Origin: Candidatus Latescibacterota bacterium
GTDB lineage: Bacteria; Latescibacterota; UBA2968; GCA-2709665
Direction: 5' to 3'
Assembly (NCBI GenBank): GCA_965219455.1
Contig: OZ244744.1
Location: 3,168,001 to 3,232,000, forward strand
DNA: 64,000 bases
The position numbers and the translations under genes were made by a program. This document shows positions 1 through 9,705 of this stretch, piece after piece. Each line of letters opens with the position of its first letter. The stretch's first letter is position 1. The notes under the pieces are model-generated. The model saw only the letters and a program-made list of their open reading frames with translations, was not told the origin of the DNA and did not search any database.

Positions 1-218
1 GGGGTGACCTCGTAGCCGACATGACTGACGTCCAGTTGGCCGTTATGCGCGGGCCGGACCGGGACGTCTTCAACCAGAACGTCCCCCGCCTGGAAGTCGA
101 AAACGGGCAGGTTTCGGTTTCCTACGAGCGGGGCGGCGCCCTATACAGCAATGAAGCACCCGCCGGCCCTGTCGCCTCAAAGGGCCGTAGCGTATCCGCA
201 AAGCGTGACGGGAAATAG
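1..218 (+). CDS. 3' end of an unidentified gene (truncated by window edge)
   Basis: Frame open from the window start to TAG at 218; no recognisable motif. Confidence 0.4.
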   Translation, partial: GDLVADMTDVQLAVMRGPDRDVFNQNVPRLEVENGQVSVSYERGGALYSNEAPAGPVASKGRSVSAKRDGK

Positions 219-318
219 CGCCCTGCCCTCACTCACAAGTCCCCGACGTGACCGGTTGTGTGCACGGAACGGACATCTGCGGTTGTAGAATTCCCGCTGC
301 CGGGAAGGGTCTCCGTTT

Positions 319-996
319 ATGTCGAACGGTATCACCACCATATTATTTGACGCTTACGAAACCCTCCTTGCGGGCGCCATGGAAAAACTCCATGCCCTGT
401 GTGGCCGCATCGTCAGTGAACAGGACGTCGGCATGTCCGGACAGGACTTCTTTGAAACCTGGGACCGGTCGTTTTTCCCGCTCATTCAGGGCGATACATT
501 TTACACCATGCGGCAGGCGCATCTCATCAGCCTTGGACAGACGTTCGAGAACCTCGGCAGACGAGTTTCCTTCGAACACTACACCGACGGCCTGTTCGCC
601 GCATTTGCCAACGTGCCCATCTTCGAAGACGTCGAGCCCGCGCTGGCCGGACTCGGTTCGTTCAGAACGGGCGTGGTATCCAATGCGGATGACGACCATC
701 TGAACCGTGCACTCAGGAGGAACAACCTGGCGTTTCCCGTGATCGTCAGTTCCGAGTCCGCCCGTTCCTACAAGCCGGCGCCGGAAATCTTTCACGAAGG
801 CCTGCGCCTGATCGGCAGCCGCCCCGAGGAAACCCTCTACGTGGGCGATTCCCAGGACGACGACATTGTCGGCGCGCGGCGGGCGGGCATCAGGGTCGCC
901 TGGCTGAACCGTAACGGTGAAGCACTCAAACCGCGCATTCCAGAGCCTCACTACGAAATATCCAGCCTGCAAGACATAAGCGGACTCGTCTCATAA
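319..996 (+). CDS. HAD-superfamily hydrolase (haloacid dehalogenase-like)
   Basis: Motif I FDAYETL, motif II VVSN, YKP, motif IV VGDSQDDD. Confidence 0.9.
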   Translation: MSNGITTILFDAYETLLAGAMEKLHALCGRIVSEQDVGMSGQDFFETWDRSFFPLIQGDTFYTMRQAHLISLGQTFENLGRRVSFEHYTDGLFAAFANVPIFEDVEPALAGLGSFRTGVVSNADDDHLNRALRRNNLAFPVIVSSESARSYKPAPEIFHEGLRLIGSRPEETLYVGDSQDDDIVGARRAGIRVAWLNRNGEALKPRIPEPHYEISSLQDISGLVS

Positions 997-1117
997 GTCC
1001 TGGCGACCCGGATGGATGTTCCGGCTTCCGGAGAAGCCCCTGGATTGGCGGCGTCCACAACCGGCTCGCCAAACGCGGCGCTCTTCGACAGCTGACCCGA
1101 AGATGCGCTGCACCCAA

Positions 1118-1167
1118 CAAAAAAACAGCCTGCAACGCATCTCCTGATGAGGCGCATTGCAGGCTGA
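1118..1167 (-). terminator. Putative intrinsic terminator of the peroxiredoxin gene
   Basis: cagcctgcaa...ttgcaggctg stem followed by a T-run on the minus strand, just past the stop. Confidence 0.55.
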
Positions 1168-1182
1168 CGGGTAAGATTCTGG

Positions 1183-1818
1183 CTATTTGTTCGGCTGCGG
1201 AGTGTACCTCAAATACGGCTTCACAGTCGTAAACCCCCTGGGGAATTTTTCGGTTGCCTCTTCGTCGGTCACCGCTGGAACGATGATACAATCCTCGCCG
1301 TCCTCCCAGTTGGCCGGTGTGGCCACCTGGTGATAGGCCGTGAGCTGCAGCGAATCGATTGCCCGCAGAATTTCGGCGAAATTTCGTCCGGTAGAAGCCG
1401 GATAGGTCAATGTGAGTTTGACCTTCTTGTCCGGCCCGATTACGAATACGGACCGTACCGTTGCCTTGTCGTCTTCGTTCGGATGAATCATATCGTACAT
1501 GCTGGCCACGGTCTTGTCCGGATCCGCAATGAGCGGGAAGTTCACGGTGGTATTCTGGGTCTCGTTGATGTCGCTGACCCAGCCGTTATGGGAATCCAGC
1601 GGGTCCACGCTCACCCCGATCACCTTTACGTTTCGCTTCGTAAACTCCGCCTTCAGCTTGGCCACAACGCCCAGTTCGGTGGTACAAACCGGCGTAAAAT
1701 CGGCCGGATGCGAGAACAGGATGCCCCAGCCGTCTCCCAGCCATTCGTGAAAGCGGACCGTACCTTCTGTCGTCTGCGCGGTAAAATCGGGCGCGTTGTC
1801 CCCCAATCGCAATGGCAT
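1183..1818 (-). CDS. 1-Cys peroxiredoxin (Prx6 subfamily)
   Basis: FSHPADFTPVCTTE motif, YPASTGRNF, C-terminal PYLRYT. Confidence 0.95.
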   Translation of the reverse strand: MPLRLGDNAPDFTAQTTEGTVRFHEWLGDGWGILFSHPADFTPVCTTELGVVAKLKAEFTKRNVKVIGVSVDPLDSHNGWVSDINETQNTTVNFPLIADPDKTVASMYDMIHPNEDDKATVRSVFVIGPDKKVKLTLTYPASTGRNFAEILRAIDSLQLTAYHQVATPANWEDGEDCIIVPAVTDEEATEKFPRGFTTVKPYLRYTPQPNK

Positions 1819-2048
1819 GGCAAACCTCCTTATTCTTGTGATTCGTTGAGATGCTCCGGCGCACCGGAAAATTCCGGTAACCGAAACCCTTCCAACGCGT
1901 TTTAGGGTACAGCAACCAGGTATCGAAGCAGGATTATAAAGAAAGTAACTGTTATATCAATGTCAAGCGATTTATTCGAATCCGGGCGCATCTCAGTCGC
2001 CCTGGTGCGCGGGCGATTCCGTTGCCCGGCATAACCGGAGAGGCCACC

Positions 2049-4493
2049 ATGCAATCCCACGCGCGCCTGGTTGTCATCGGCGCCGGCATCGTCGGTTGCA
2101 GCATCGTGTACCATCTCACCCGGCTGGGCTGGAAGGACATTGTGGTTCTGGACCAGGGGCCGCTGTTCGATACCGGCGGGTCGACTTCCCATGCTCCCGG
2201 ACTGGTTTTCCAGACCAACTTCTCGAAAACGATGACCGATCTGTCGAGGGACACGGTTGCGCTCTACAACGCGCTGAACCTGGACGGCCAGCCATGCTTC
2301 TATCCTGTCGGCAGCTTCGAAGTCGCGTACACGGGCGAACGGCTGGAAGACCTGAAGCGCAAGCTGGGCGCCGCCAAAGCCTGGGACCTGGAAGCCCATC
2401 TCATTTCGCCGGAAGAGGCCAGAGCCAGACTCCCCCTCCTGGATGCGGATCGAATCCATGGCGCGTACTATGTGCCGTCCGATGGCATTGCCAAAGCCGT
2501 ACGCGCCTGCGAAGCCATGGCCCGCGCCTCGGAACCCGGCGCGACGTTTCGCGGCAGTACCACGGTCACGGGCATCGAGGTCGCCAACGGCCGGATCAGG
2601 GGGGTTGACACCGACCGGGGTCGGGTCGCCGCGGATCAGGTATTGATCTGCGCGGGAATCTGGGGGCCGCGCCTCGGGCGAATGGCGGGGATTTCCATTC
2701 CGCTCGTCCCCGTACAACACCTATATGCGCTCACCGCGCCGCTTCCGGGCCTGGCGGGAGAAACCCGGGAGGTCGTCCATCCCATCCTGCGCCACCAGGA
2801 CTACGCCATGTATTTCCGGCAGCAGGCCGACCGGTATGGCATCGGTTCCTACAAACACGAACCGCTACTGGTGAGTCCGGACGACCTGGTCAGCCCGGAT
2901 GAAGCAAGGGTCTCACCCTCCATAATGGATTTTACGCCTGGACACTTCAGGGTGGCGAGAGAGGCGGCGGACGAGCTTCTGCCCGCCTTGAAACACGCGG
3001 GTCTCGACTACAGGATCAACGGCCTCTTCTCCTTCACGCCGGATGGGTTGCCCCTTCTCGGGGAGTCCGTCGACGTCCGCGGGCTCTGGGTTGCCGAAGC
3101 GGTGTGGATCACGCACGGCGGCGGCGTCGGGCAGGCCGTGGCAGAATGGATGGAAACCGGCGCGCCCGAAATCGATCTCCGGGATGCCGATGTCAACCGC
3201 TTCGGACCGCACGTCCATACCAGGGAATATGTCGAAGCCCGGGGCGCCCGGCAGTACCGCGAAGTCTACGATATCATCCATCCGCTGGAACAGATGGATT
3301 ATCCGCGCGACCTGCGCGTCAGCCCTTTTCATCAGCGCCTGAAAGAACTGGATGCCGTGTTCTTCGAAGGCGCGGGCTGGGAACGCCCGCAGTGGTTTGA
3401 AGCCAACGGACGCCTGTTGGAAGACGGCGATCTCCCATCGCGGACCGGCTGGGAGGCGCGGTACTGGTCTCCCATTCAGGGCGTCGAACACCGGGCCACC
3501 CGGAGCCGCGCGGTGCTGTGCGACCTCACGTGCTTCACGAAAATCGAAATTGCCGGTGAGGACGCACTGGATTTTCTGCAGCGTATCGCCGCCAACCGGA
3601 TCGGCCGCCCGGTCGGCACGGTCATCTATACGGCCCTGCTCAATTCCAGCGGAGGCATCGCCTGCGACCTGACCGTCACACGGCTGGCCGAGGACCGTTT
3701 TCTGGTCCTCACGGGCGCGGCAGGAGCCCGGGACCTGGCCTGGATTTCCCTCCAGGCCCGGGAAGAACGCGCCGTTCACATTGCCGACGTGACCTCCTCC
3801 TATTGCTGCGTGGGCCTGTGGGGGCCCAAAGCCCGCAGGATCCTTCAAAGGGTCTGTAACGACGATCTGACCAACCGGGCATTCCCGTATTTTTCCGCAC
3901 GGCAGATCCGGATCGGTCCCGTTCCCGCGCTTGCGCTGCGCGTATCCTACGTAGGAGAACTGGGATGGGAAATCTACGCGCCCTCCGAATTCGGGCTTCG
4001 CCTGTGGGACACGCTCTGGGAGGCCGGTCGCGCCCACGGCCTTGTCGCGCTGGGCGGCGGCGCGTTCGACTCGCTCCGTCTTGAAAAGGGATACCGCCTT
4101 TGGGGCGCGGATATCCACACGGAGTACAACCCCTACGAGGCCGGCATCGGCTGGGCCGTCAGACTCGACAAGGGCGACTTCGTGGGGCGGGACGCCCTGA
4201 TCAAAATCCGGAACCGGGGGATCACACGGAAACTCTGCTGCCTCACCCTGGACGATCCATACGCCGTTGTGATGGGGAAAGAACCCATACTGGACGGCAG
4301 CCGCGTAATCGGGTACGTCACCAGCGCCAACCACGGGTACACCGTTGGCGGATTCATCGCCTATGGCTACGTGCCGCTGGAGCACGCGAAGCCGGGAACC
4401 TCCGTCGAAATCGAATATTTCGGCAGATGCCATCGCGCCACGGTTTCGCGCGAACCCCTCTACGACCCCCGCGGCGAGAAACTGAAATCCTGA
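2049..4493 (+). CDS. FAD-dependent oxidoreductase with GcvT domain (dimethylglycine/sarcosine dehydrogenase family)
   Basis: VVIGAGIVG FAD motif, GSTSHAPG, FTPDG, SLRLEKGYRLWG, PLYDP; ATG at 2049 after GGAGAGG. Confidence 0.92.
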   Translation: MQSHARLVVIGAGIVGCSIVYHLTRLGWKDIVVLDQGPLFDTGGSTSHAPGLVFQTNFSKTMTDLSRDTVALYNALNLDGQPCFYPVGSFEVAYTGERLEDLKRKLGAAKAWDLEAHLISPEEARARLPLLDADRIHGAYYVPSDGIAKAVRACEAMARASEPGATFRGSTTVTGIEVANGRIRGVDTDRGRVAADQVLICAGIWGPRLGRMAGISIPLVPVQHLYALTAPLPGLAGETREVVHPILRHQDYAMYFRQQADRYGIGSYKHEPLLVSPDDLVSPDEARVSPSIMDFTPGHFRVAREAADELLPALKHAGLDYRINGLFSFTPDGLPLLGESVDVRGLWVAEAVWITHGGGVGQAVAEWMETGAPEIDLRDADVNRFGPHVHTREYVEARGARQYREVYDIIHPLEQMDYPRDLRVSPFHQRLKELDAVFFEGAGWERPQWFEANGRLLEDGDLPSRTGWEARYWSPIQGVEHRATRSRAVLCDLTCFTKIEIAGEDALDFLQRIAANRIGRPVGTVIYTALLNSSGGIACDLTVTRLAEDRFLVLTGAAGARDLAWISLQAREERAVHIADVTSSYCCVGLWGPKARRILQRVCNDDLTNRAFPYFSARQIRIGPVPALALRVSYVGELGWEIYAPSEFGLRLWDTLWEAGRAHGLVALGGGAFDSLRLEKGYRLWGADIHTEYNPYEAGIGWAVRLDKGDFVGRDALIKIRNRGITRKLCCLTLDDPYAVVMGKEPILDGSRVIGYVTSANHGYTVGGFIAYGYVPLEHAKPGTSVEIEYFGRCHRATVSREPLYDPRGEKLKS

Positions 4494-4521
4494 CGGGCTA
4501 AACCAGGCGTCACGGGAATCA

Positions 4522-4682
4522 GTGCAACCACAAGGGTTGCCCCTGCGGTGTTCGCGGTCTGGCGCGGGGAAGTGTTGGGGCGGATTTGGAAGGAATACCC
4601 AACCGTTGTTATTTTCATAGGTGATGCCATGCCACGTCGGTGAAGACATTATAATTGTATGGGCGCCCCTTTGTGGGCGCCC
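4522..4682. repeat. REP pair (GCAACCACAAGGGTTGCCCCT + GTATGGGCGCCCCTTTGTGGGCGCCC) with a RAYT-derived linker; left border of the island
   Basis: Palindromic 25-26 bp units matching the REPs around the RAYT at 19.2-20.9 kb. Confidence 0.85.
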
Positions 4683-4708
4683 GATCTGTTTTTTCCTCGC
4701 ATGATGGC

Positions 4709-4740
4709 TTGACACTGTTCCCAAAAGTAATTACTATAAT
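4709..4740 (+). promoter_or_regulatory. sigma70-type promoter of mazEF
   Basis: TTGACA-17 bp-TACTAT (overlapping TATAAT); GTAATTAC palindrome is a possible operator. Confidence 0.65.
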
Positions 4741-4785
4741 TGCATAACTACCTTCACGATTTTCATCCAATCAGAGGTCAGCAAT

Positions 4786-5028
4786 ATGGCAATCAGGGAT
4801 GTCAAACTTATCGCGATAGGCAACTCCAGGGGTATTCGACTACCGAAAGCGCTGCTGCAAAAATATGGATGGGGGGACTCGCTCGTAATGGAAGAGACTG
4901 AACGAGGGGTTCTGCTGTATGGGAAAGATCGGAATAAGCTGACCTGGAAGGAAACATACCGCGAGATGGCCGCTGAGAATGAAGATTGGAGCGACCTCGA
5001 CGCAACGGTCGCTGATGGCCTGGACTGA
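4786..5028 (+). CDS. AbrB/MazE-family antitoxin
   Basis: KLIAIGNSRGIRLPK swapped-hairpin motif; stop overlaps the toxin start. Confidence 0.92.
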   Translation: MAIRDVKLIAIGNSRGIRLPKALLQKYGWGDSLVMEETERGVLLYGKDRNKLTWKETYREMAAENEDWSDLDATVADGLD

Positions 5029-5360
5029 TGTCCGCATATCCCCGCCGATATACGATATATTTGGCCGACCTCAATCCCGCCGTAGGTGGAGAGATTCAAA
5101 AGGTTCGCCCGGTTGTAGTGGTCAGTCTGGATGTGATGAATCAGTTTCTGGATACGGTTGTCGTGTGTCCGCTTACCACATCTCTGCATCCTCATTGGCG
5201 GGGTAGAATGCAGATCCAATGCGCGGGCAAAGAGGCTGAAATTGCTGCGGACCAGATTCGCACCATTAGCAAACAGCGACTAAAGCGCCGAATTGACAAC
5301 CTGTTCGGCGACGACGCGGCGCAGCTCCGCCGCCTTATCACCGAGATGTATGGGGAATAG
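5028..5360 (+). CDS. PemK/MazF-family endoribonuclease toxin
   Basis: YLADLNPAVGGEIQKVRPVVVVS, CPLTT, DQIRTISKQRL. Confidence 0.93.
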   Translation: MSAYPRRYTIYLADLNPAVGGEIQKVRPVVVVSLDVMNQFLDTVVVCPLTTSLHPHWRGRMQIQCAGKEAEIAADQIRTISKQRLKRRIDNLFGDDAAQLRRLITEMYGE

Positions 5361-5620
5361 CGAAAAACATGGTAAGATGTAGATTCAGCTGGTGCAGTAA
5401 GTGCGGTTGCCCGGACTGAGACATGGGTTCTCCTGAGTAAAAAGGCCTGTGTATTCCGCAACATATCTCGTAAGTATATTGGCTTGGACGATTCTTCGAC
5501 TGGATTGGCCGGTCCTCATTGATCGAGGATCGGCTGTTTCTGTAAATTGCCAGCGTAAGTTCCCTTGATTTCAATGAGAATATAGACTATATTGGACTAT
5601 ATCTGTTGAGAGGAGGACAG

Positions 5621-5905
5621 ATGATCACGCAATATCCCAAACCACGCCGCGTCTGGACGGTCGCAGAGGCCAAGGCACGGTTATCTGAAATCCTTCGTCT
5701 TGCCGAAGCGGAAGGCCCGCAGCGCATTGGGGCGCGGAAGGCTTTCGTTGTGGTGCCCGAGCGGGTGTGGGAGGCTCAGTCTTCACCCCGCAAACCGCTT
5801 GGCCAGTGGTTGATCGACAACATGCCGCGCGGCGTGAATCTCAAAATCCCTGGCGATAGAACGTCCCGGCGGGAGATTCCGTTCGACGACGGAGGAACGG
5901 GGTGA
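5621..5905 (+). CDS. Phd/YefM-family antitoxin (VapB partner)
   Basis: WTVAEAKARLSEILRLAEAEGPQRI; GTGA overlap with the PIN gene; repeated GACTATAT upstream. Confidence 0.88.
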   Translation: MITQYPKPRRVWTVAEAKARLSEILRLAEAEGPQRIGARKAFVVVPERVWEAQSSPRKPLGQWLIDNMPRGVNLKIPGDRTSRREIPFDDGGTG

Positions 5906-6321
5906 GCGGTTTTCTCCTCGACACCAACGTGGTCTCCGAACTGACCAGGAGCGTGCCGGACTCGCAGGTTATGGCATTCCTGGCTGAGCAGGACGACTTA
6001 TGGCTGTCGGCGATGGTAGTGCATGAGTTGGAATTTGGTTTGCAACTATTGCCTCACGGGCAACGTCGCGACGTATTGCACTCGGTGCTGTCAGGGTTCG
6101 TCACGGATTACCAGGACCGCATCCTGCCTGTGGACAGAATGGGAGCAAAGTGGGCGGCCTACTTTCGTGCACAGGCGCGTCGATCCGGACGGGTGCTGGA
6201 CCTGGGGGATGCGCTCGTTGCCGGAACTGCCCGGGCTCATGATCTGTCGGTTGCAACCTGGAATGTTGCGGATTTCAATGGCCTGGACGTCAACGTCACC
6301 AATCCCTGGGAACCGCGGTGA
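5902..6321 (+). CDS. vapC: VapC PIN-domain toxin
   Basis: LLDTNVVSE, ELEFG, GDALVAGTA, ATWNVADF. Confidence 0.92.
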   Translation: MSGFLLDTNVVSELTRSVPDSQVMAFLAEQDDLWLSAMVVHELEFGLQLLPHGQRRDVLHSVLSGFVTDYQDRILPVDRMGAKWAAYFRAQARRSGRVLDLGDALVAGTARAHDLSVATWNVADFNGLDVNVTNPWEPR

Positions 6322-6355
6322 CCGGGAAAGTGAGGGCAGCCGCAACGGAAAACCA

Positions 6356-6536
6356 GGGCAACCACAAGGGTTGCCCCTACGACGCCATGTTTGGGCGCGG
6401 GTGAATGTGTTGTACTGGCGGACTTGGGCGTTACGCCGAACTGCCTGCCTGCATTGACATAGAGGCATTTTTCGCAATGCCTGACCGAAATTGTGCGTGA
6501 TTTTTCGATTTGTAGGGGCGCCCCTTGTGGGCGCCC
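6356..6536. repeat. REP pair with a RAYT-derived linker
   Basis: GGGCAACCACAAGGGTTGCCCCTAC at 6356-6380; GTAGGGGCGCCCCTTGTGGGCGCCC at 6512-6536. Confidence 0.9.
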
Positions 6537-6627
6537 TGCCTTTTTTGTCCCACCAAAGGCTTGACATCATCCGATAAAGTAACTATATGACTTCTGTAAC
6601 AGACGGAATCCAAGAAAGGTCGACTGA

Positions 6628-6870
6628 ATGGCAACGTGGGATGTCAAACTGATCGCTATCGGCAACGCCAGAGGAATTCGTCTTCCCGAAGCGCTACTAA
6701 AGAAATACGGCTGGGGCGACTCGCTGGTCCTGGAAGAGACTGAACATGGCATGGTGCTACGCGGCAAAGAACGAAATAAGCTATCCTGGAAGGAAACCTA
6801 CCGAGCCATCGCTGCCGATAATGAGGACTGGAAGGATCTCAACGCGACGGTCGCCGATGGCCTGGATTGA
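6628..6870 (+). CDS. Second AbrB/MazE antitoxin copy (orphan)
   Basis: 63/80 aa identical to 4786-5028 by manual count; TTGACA at 6561. Confidence 0.9.
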   Translation: MATWDVKLIAIGNARGIRLPEALLKKYGWGDSLVLEETEHGMVLRGKERNKLSWKETYRAIAADNEDWKDLNATVADGLD

Positions 6871-6914
6871 TGTCCGGATTTCCCGGGCGAAATGCCATCT
6901 GCTCCACCGAGTGA
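6870..6914 (+). pseudogene. Stub of a mazF paralogue
   Basis: Same TGATG coupling; MSGFPGRNAICSTE* aligns with MSAYPRRYTIYLAD and then stops. Confidence 0.6.
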
Positions 6915-6949
6915 CGGAGATGTACCGGGAAAGCGGTTCCGGTCGCGAA

Positions 6950-7075
6950 CTGTGGAAGACAGAACGATGTCTTGACGGCCACTTGTGTCACACAACGTCA
7001 GTTGTAGGCCAATATCGACGAAAAATGGCCGACAAAATACGTTGATGGCAATGACTGACCGTCAACCGTCGATTC
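6950..7075 (+). repeat. ~125 bp imperfect direct repeat, copy 1
   Basis: ttgacggccact...aaaatggccgacaaaatacgttgatggcaatg recurs at ~7505-7632. Confidence 0.8.
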
Positions 7076-7328
7076 TGCCGGGTGCTCTGACGACGGCTAT
7101 AGAATCGAACCTGAAACGACCCCGGTTTGGAGGCGGAATATCTCGTACGGCGGCGGAGAGAAGATCAGGCACTGTGCGTCGAAGTGGCACAACTGCGCCG
7201 TGTCTTCTCTGAAATTTGCGGCAAATGGCGATTACTAAGGCGACGGCTGCGGTCTCAACCGATTCCCATCTATCTCTTTGGATACATTTTTCGCCTTTCT
7301 CCACCACATTCGCAGGTTCATTTTCCGT

Positions 7329-7412
7329 GTAGGGGCGCCTCTTGTGGGCGCCCGGCCTTCCAGCGACACGGTGCGCGCCTGAATATAAACCAGGGCAACC
7401 ACAAGGGTTGCC
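7329..7412. repeat. REP pair (REPIN-like)
   Basis: GTAGGGGCGCCTCTTGTGGGCGCCC at 7329; truncated GGGCAACCACAAGGGTTGCC at 7393. Confidence 0.85.
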
Positions 7413-7504
7413 TGTCTGCCGCCTGCCTCGTCTGCTTCAGCAGGCAGGACAGGCAGGCCCCTGCGGGGGATGGGTGGACTCGATTTTGGGATTCGCGTAA
7501 ACGT

Positions 7505-7632
7505 TGCGGAAGGCAGAAAAGTGCTTTGACGGCCACTTATGTCCCACAATATCCCTTGTCGGTCAATATTGAGAGAAAATGGCCAACAAAATGCGTTGAT
7601 GGCAATGGCTGTCCGACAACGACCCTCGATTC
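7505..7632 (+). repeat. ~125 bp imperfect direct repeat, copy 2
   Basis: Colinear with 6950-7075. Confidence 0.8.
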
Positions 7633-7818
7633 CGTGGGATCTGTAGAGGGGGGATGTAGAAAGTGGTAGAGATCCCCGGGGCAATTTAATGAATCAGTCC
7701 GGAAATCAGGGATTGGAATTGAAGCACAGATGATTTCGCCGATTCAGTGGAGATCCTGACGTAAGAAAAAGATTCTATTTGTAGCTGGAACACAAAAGGG
7801 AACTGAGGAGAGTGCTCT

Positions 7819-9015
7819 ATGGAAGGCAAGAGGTTCATTCGGTCGATTCGGCTAGACAACTTATTATCCTATGGTTCCTGGGAACGAGAGTTCGATCTAG
7901 AGCCCTTAAACGTCCTTATCGGCCCTAACGCTTCCGGAAAGTCGAACTTGATCGAAGCGCTCTCGCTTCTCGCAGCAGCGCCTACCAGGGATCTACAGGC
8001 ACCAATTCGGGAAGGGGGAGGCGTTCGCGATTGGTTATGGAAGGGCGCCACCCGACTATCCACGGCGACCTTGGACGTTACCATTGAGTACCATGGTGAA
8101 CAACCGCTCAGGTACAGGCTATCGTTCACGGAAAGCGCGGCGCGTTTCGAACTCAAGGATGAGGCGGTCGAGAGCGAAAGACCTACGCCAGGCAACGAAG
8201 ACCCGTATATCTTCTATCGATACCAGGAGGGCAGGCCGGTGCTCAACGTCTTCACACAGGAGGAGTCCCGGTTTAATCGGCGCCTCACACGTGAAGACGT
8301 GCATGCCGAGCAGTCGATACTGTCTCAGCGACGAGATCCCGACTCCTATCCGGAATTGACGTACTTGGCTAGCAGATTCGAGCGTATGCGCTTTTATCGT
8401 GAGTGGAATCTCGGGCGCTCTGGACCGCCGCGCCTTCCGCAGCAGGCCGACCTCCCGCAGGACAGCCTGCTTGAGGACGCCTCTAATCTCGGCTTTGTGC
8501 TAAGCAGTTTGTTAAATCAACCGCCTGTCAAACGCCAGATACTGGAACAATTGAGAATCTTTCATCCTTCGGTCGAGGATATTCTTGCCACATTCAACAG
8601 CGGTACAGTTCAGTTATTCCTCCACGAAGAAGGCTTGTATCATCCTGTGCCGGCCACTCGCCTCTCTGACGGATCCCTGCGCTTTCTATGTCTTCTCGTC
8701 GTGCTCTGTAATCCCGATCCGCCGCCTGTTGTCTGTATCGAGGAGCCGGAGATCGGCCTGCACCCGGACGTGATCCCGGAAGTTGCGGCGCTTCTGGTGA
8801 AAGCGTCTTCCCATAGCCAAATATTCGTCACAACACACTCTGACATTCTCATTGACGCGCTCACGGATACTCCGGAGGCCGTGGTTGTTTGCGAGAAATC
8901 GGACGGTGCGACGCAACTTCGCCGTCTTGACGCCGACGAACTCAAACCGTGGCTCAAAAAATACCAACTTGGCGAGCTCTGGGTAAAAGGGGAAATTGGA
9001 GGGAATCGGTGGTGA
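7819..9015 (+). CDS. ABC-type AAA_21/AAA_15 ATPase
   Basis: Walker A GPNASGKS, signature LSDG, Walker B/D-loop CIEEPEIGLHP, H-loop TTHS. Confidence 0.92.
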   Translation: MEGKRFIRSIRLDNLLSYGSWEREFDLEPLNVLIGPNASGKSNLIEALSLLAAAPTRDLQAPIREGGGVRDWLWKGATRLSTATLDVTIEYHGEQPLRYRLSFTESAARFELKDEAVESERPTPGNEDPYIFYRYQEGRPVLNVFTQEESRFNRRLTREDVHAEQSILSQRRDPDSYPELTYLASRFERMRFYREWNLGRSGPPRLPQQADLPQDSLLEDASNLGFVLSSLLNQPPVKRQILEQLRIFHPSVEDILATFNSGTVQLFLHEEGLYHPVPATRLSDGSLRFLCLLVVLCNPDPPPVVCIEEPEIGLHPDVIPEVAALLVKASSHSQIFVTTHSDILIDALTDTPEAVVVCEKSDGATQLRRLDADELKPWLKKYQLGELWVKGEIGGNRW

Positions 9016-9649
9016 AGATCAAGCTTTATGCCGAAGGAGGAGGTGGTAGCAAGGCGCTCAAAAGGGCGTGCCGCAGGGGTTTTCGCATATTCATTGAGAA
9101 GTCGGGGTTGAAAGTACGGATGCCCGAAATTGTAGCCTCCGGCAGCCGCGGGAACGCGTACGAGGACTTTAAGACGAGACATCGTAATACGACAAAAATG
9201 AAGGCGCGCTGCTTCTGGTGGACGCTGAAAGGGCGGTAGGGGAAACGGGGCCGTGGCAACACCTCAAGGACAGTGATGGCTGGGACCGCCCCGACAGCGC
9301 AACGGACGACCAGTGCCACCTTATGGTGCAAGCAATGGAATCATGGTTTCTGGCGGACCGTTCGGCCCTTGAGGAATACTATGGCCAGGGCTTTCAGGAA
9401 ACCGCGCTCCCTTCGAATCCGCAGATTGAGCAAGTTCCCAAAGGTGACGTCCTCCACGGCATTCGCCGGGCTACCGACAGTACCACAAAAGGCCGTTATG
9501 ACAAGGGATCCCACAGTTTCGAGATCCTGGCGACAATAGACCCTTCAAAAGTGACGAGTGCGTCGCCCCATGCGAAACGATTTATCGAAACACTCTTCAA
9601 GTTTTCAGGAAGTGGAACTGCGGCGGATAAGGATCCTTCGAGCGGGTAA
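9012..9649 (+). pseudogene. DUF4276-family (TOPRIM-like) protein, frameshifted
   Basis: KLYAEGGG N-terminus in one frame and LLLVDAE...MVQAMESWFLAD...YDKGSHS in another; shift near 9180-9200; span 638 nt. Confidence 0.8.
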
Positions 9650-9705
9650 CAGGTGGATAAATCGCACCGTTAAACTGGTTTCCTTGAAATAGAGAACCGA
9701 TAAAT

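Noticed and set aside
1820-2048. Glycine riboswitch upstream of the GcvT-domain gene
   Set aside because: Conserved aptamer elements not recognisable; the region looks like a divergent promoter.
7127-7669. 180-aa ORF in the island
   Set aside because: Spans REPs and the direct repeat, with no domain signal.
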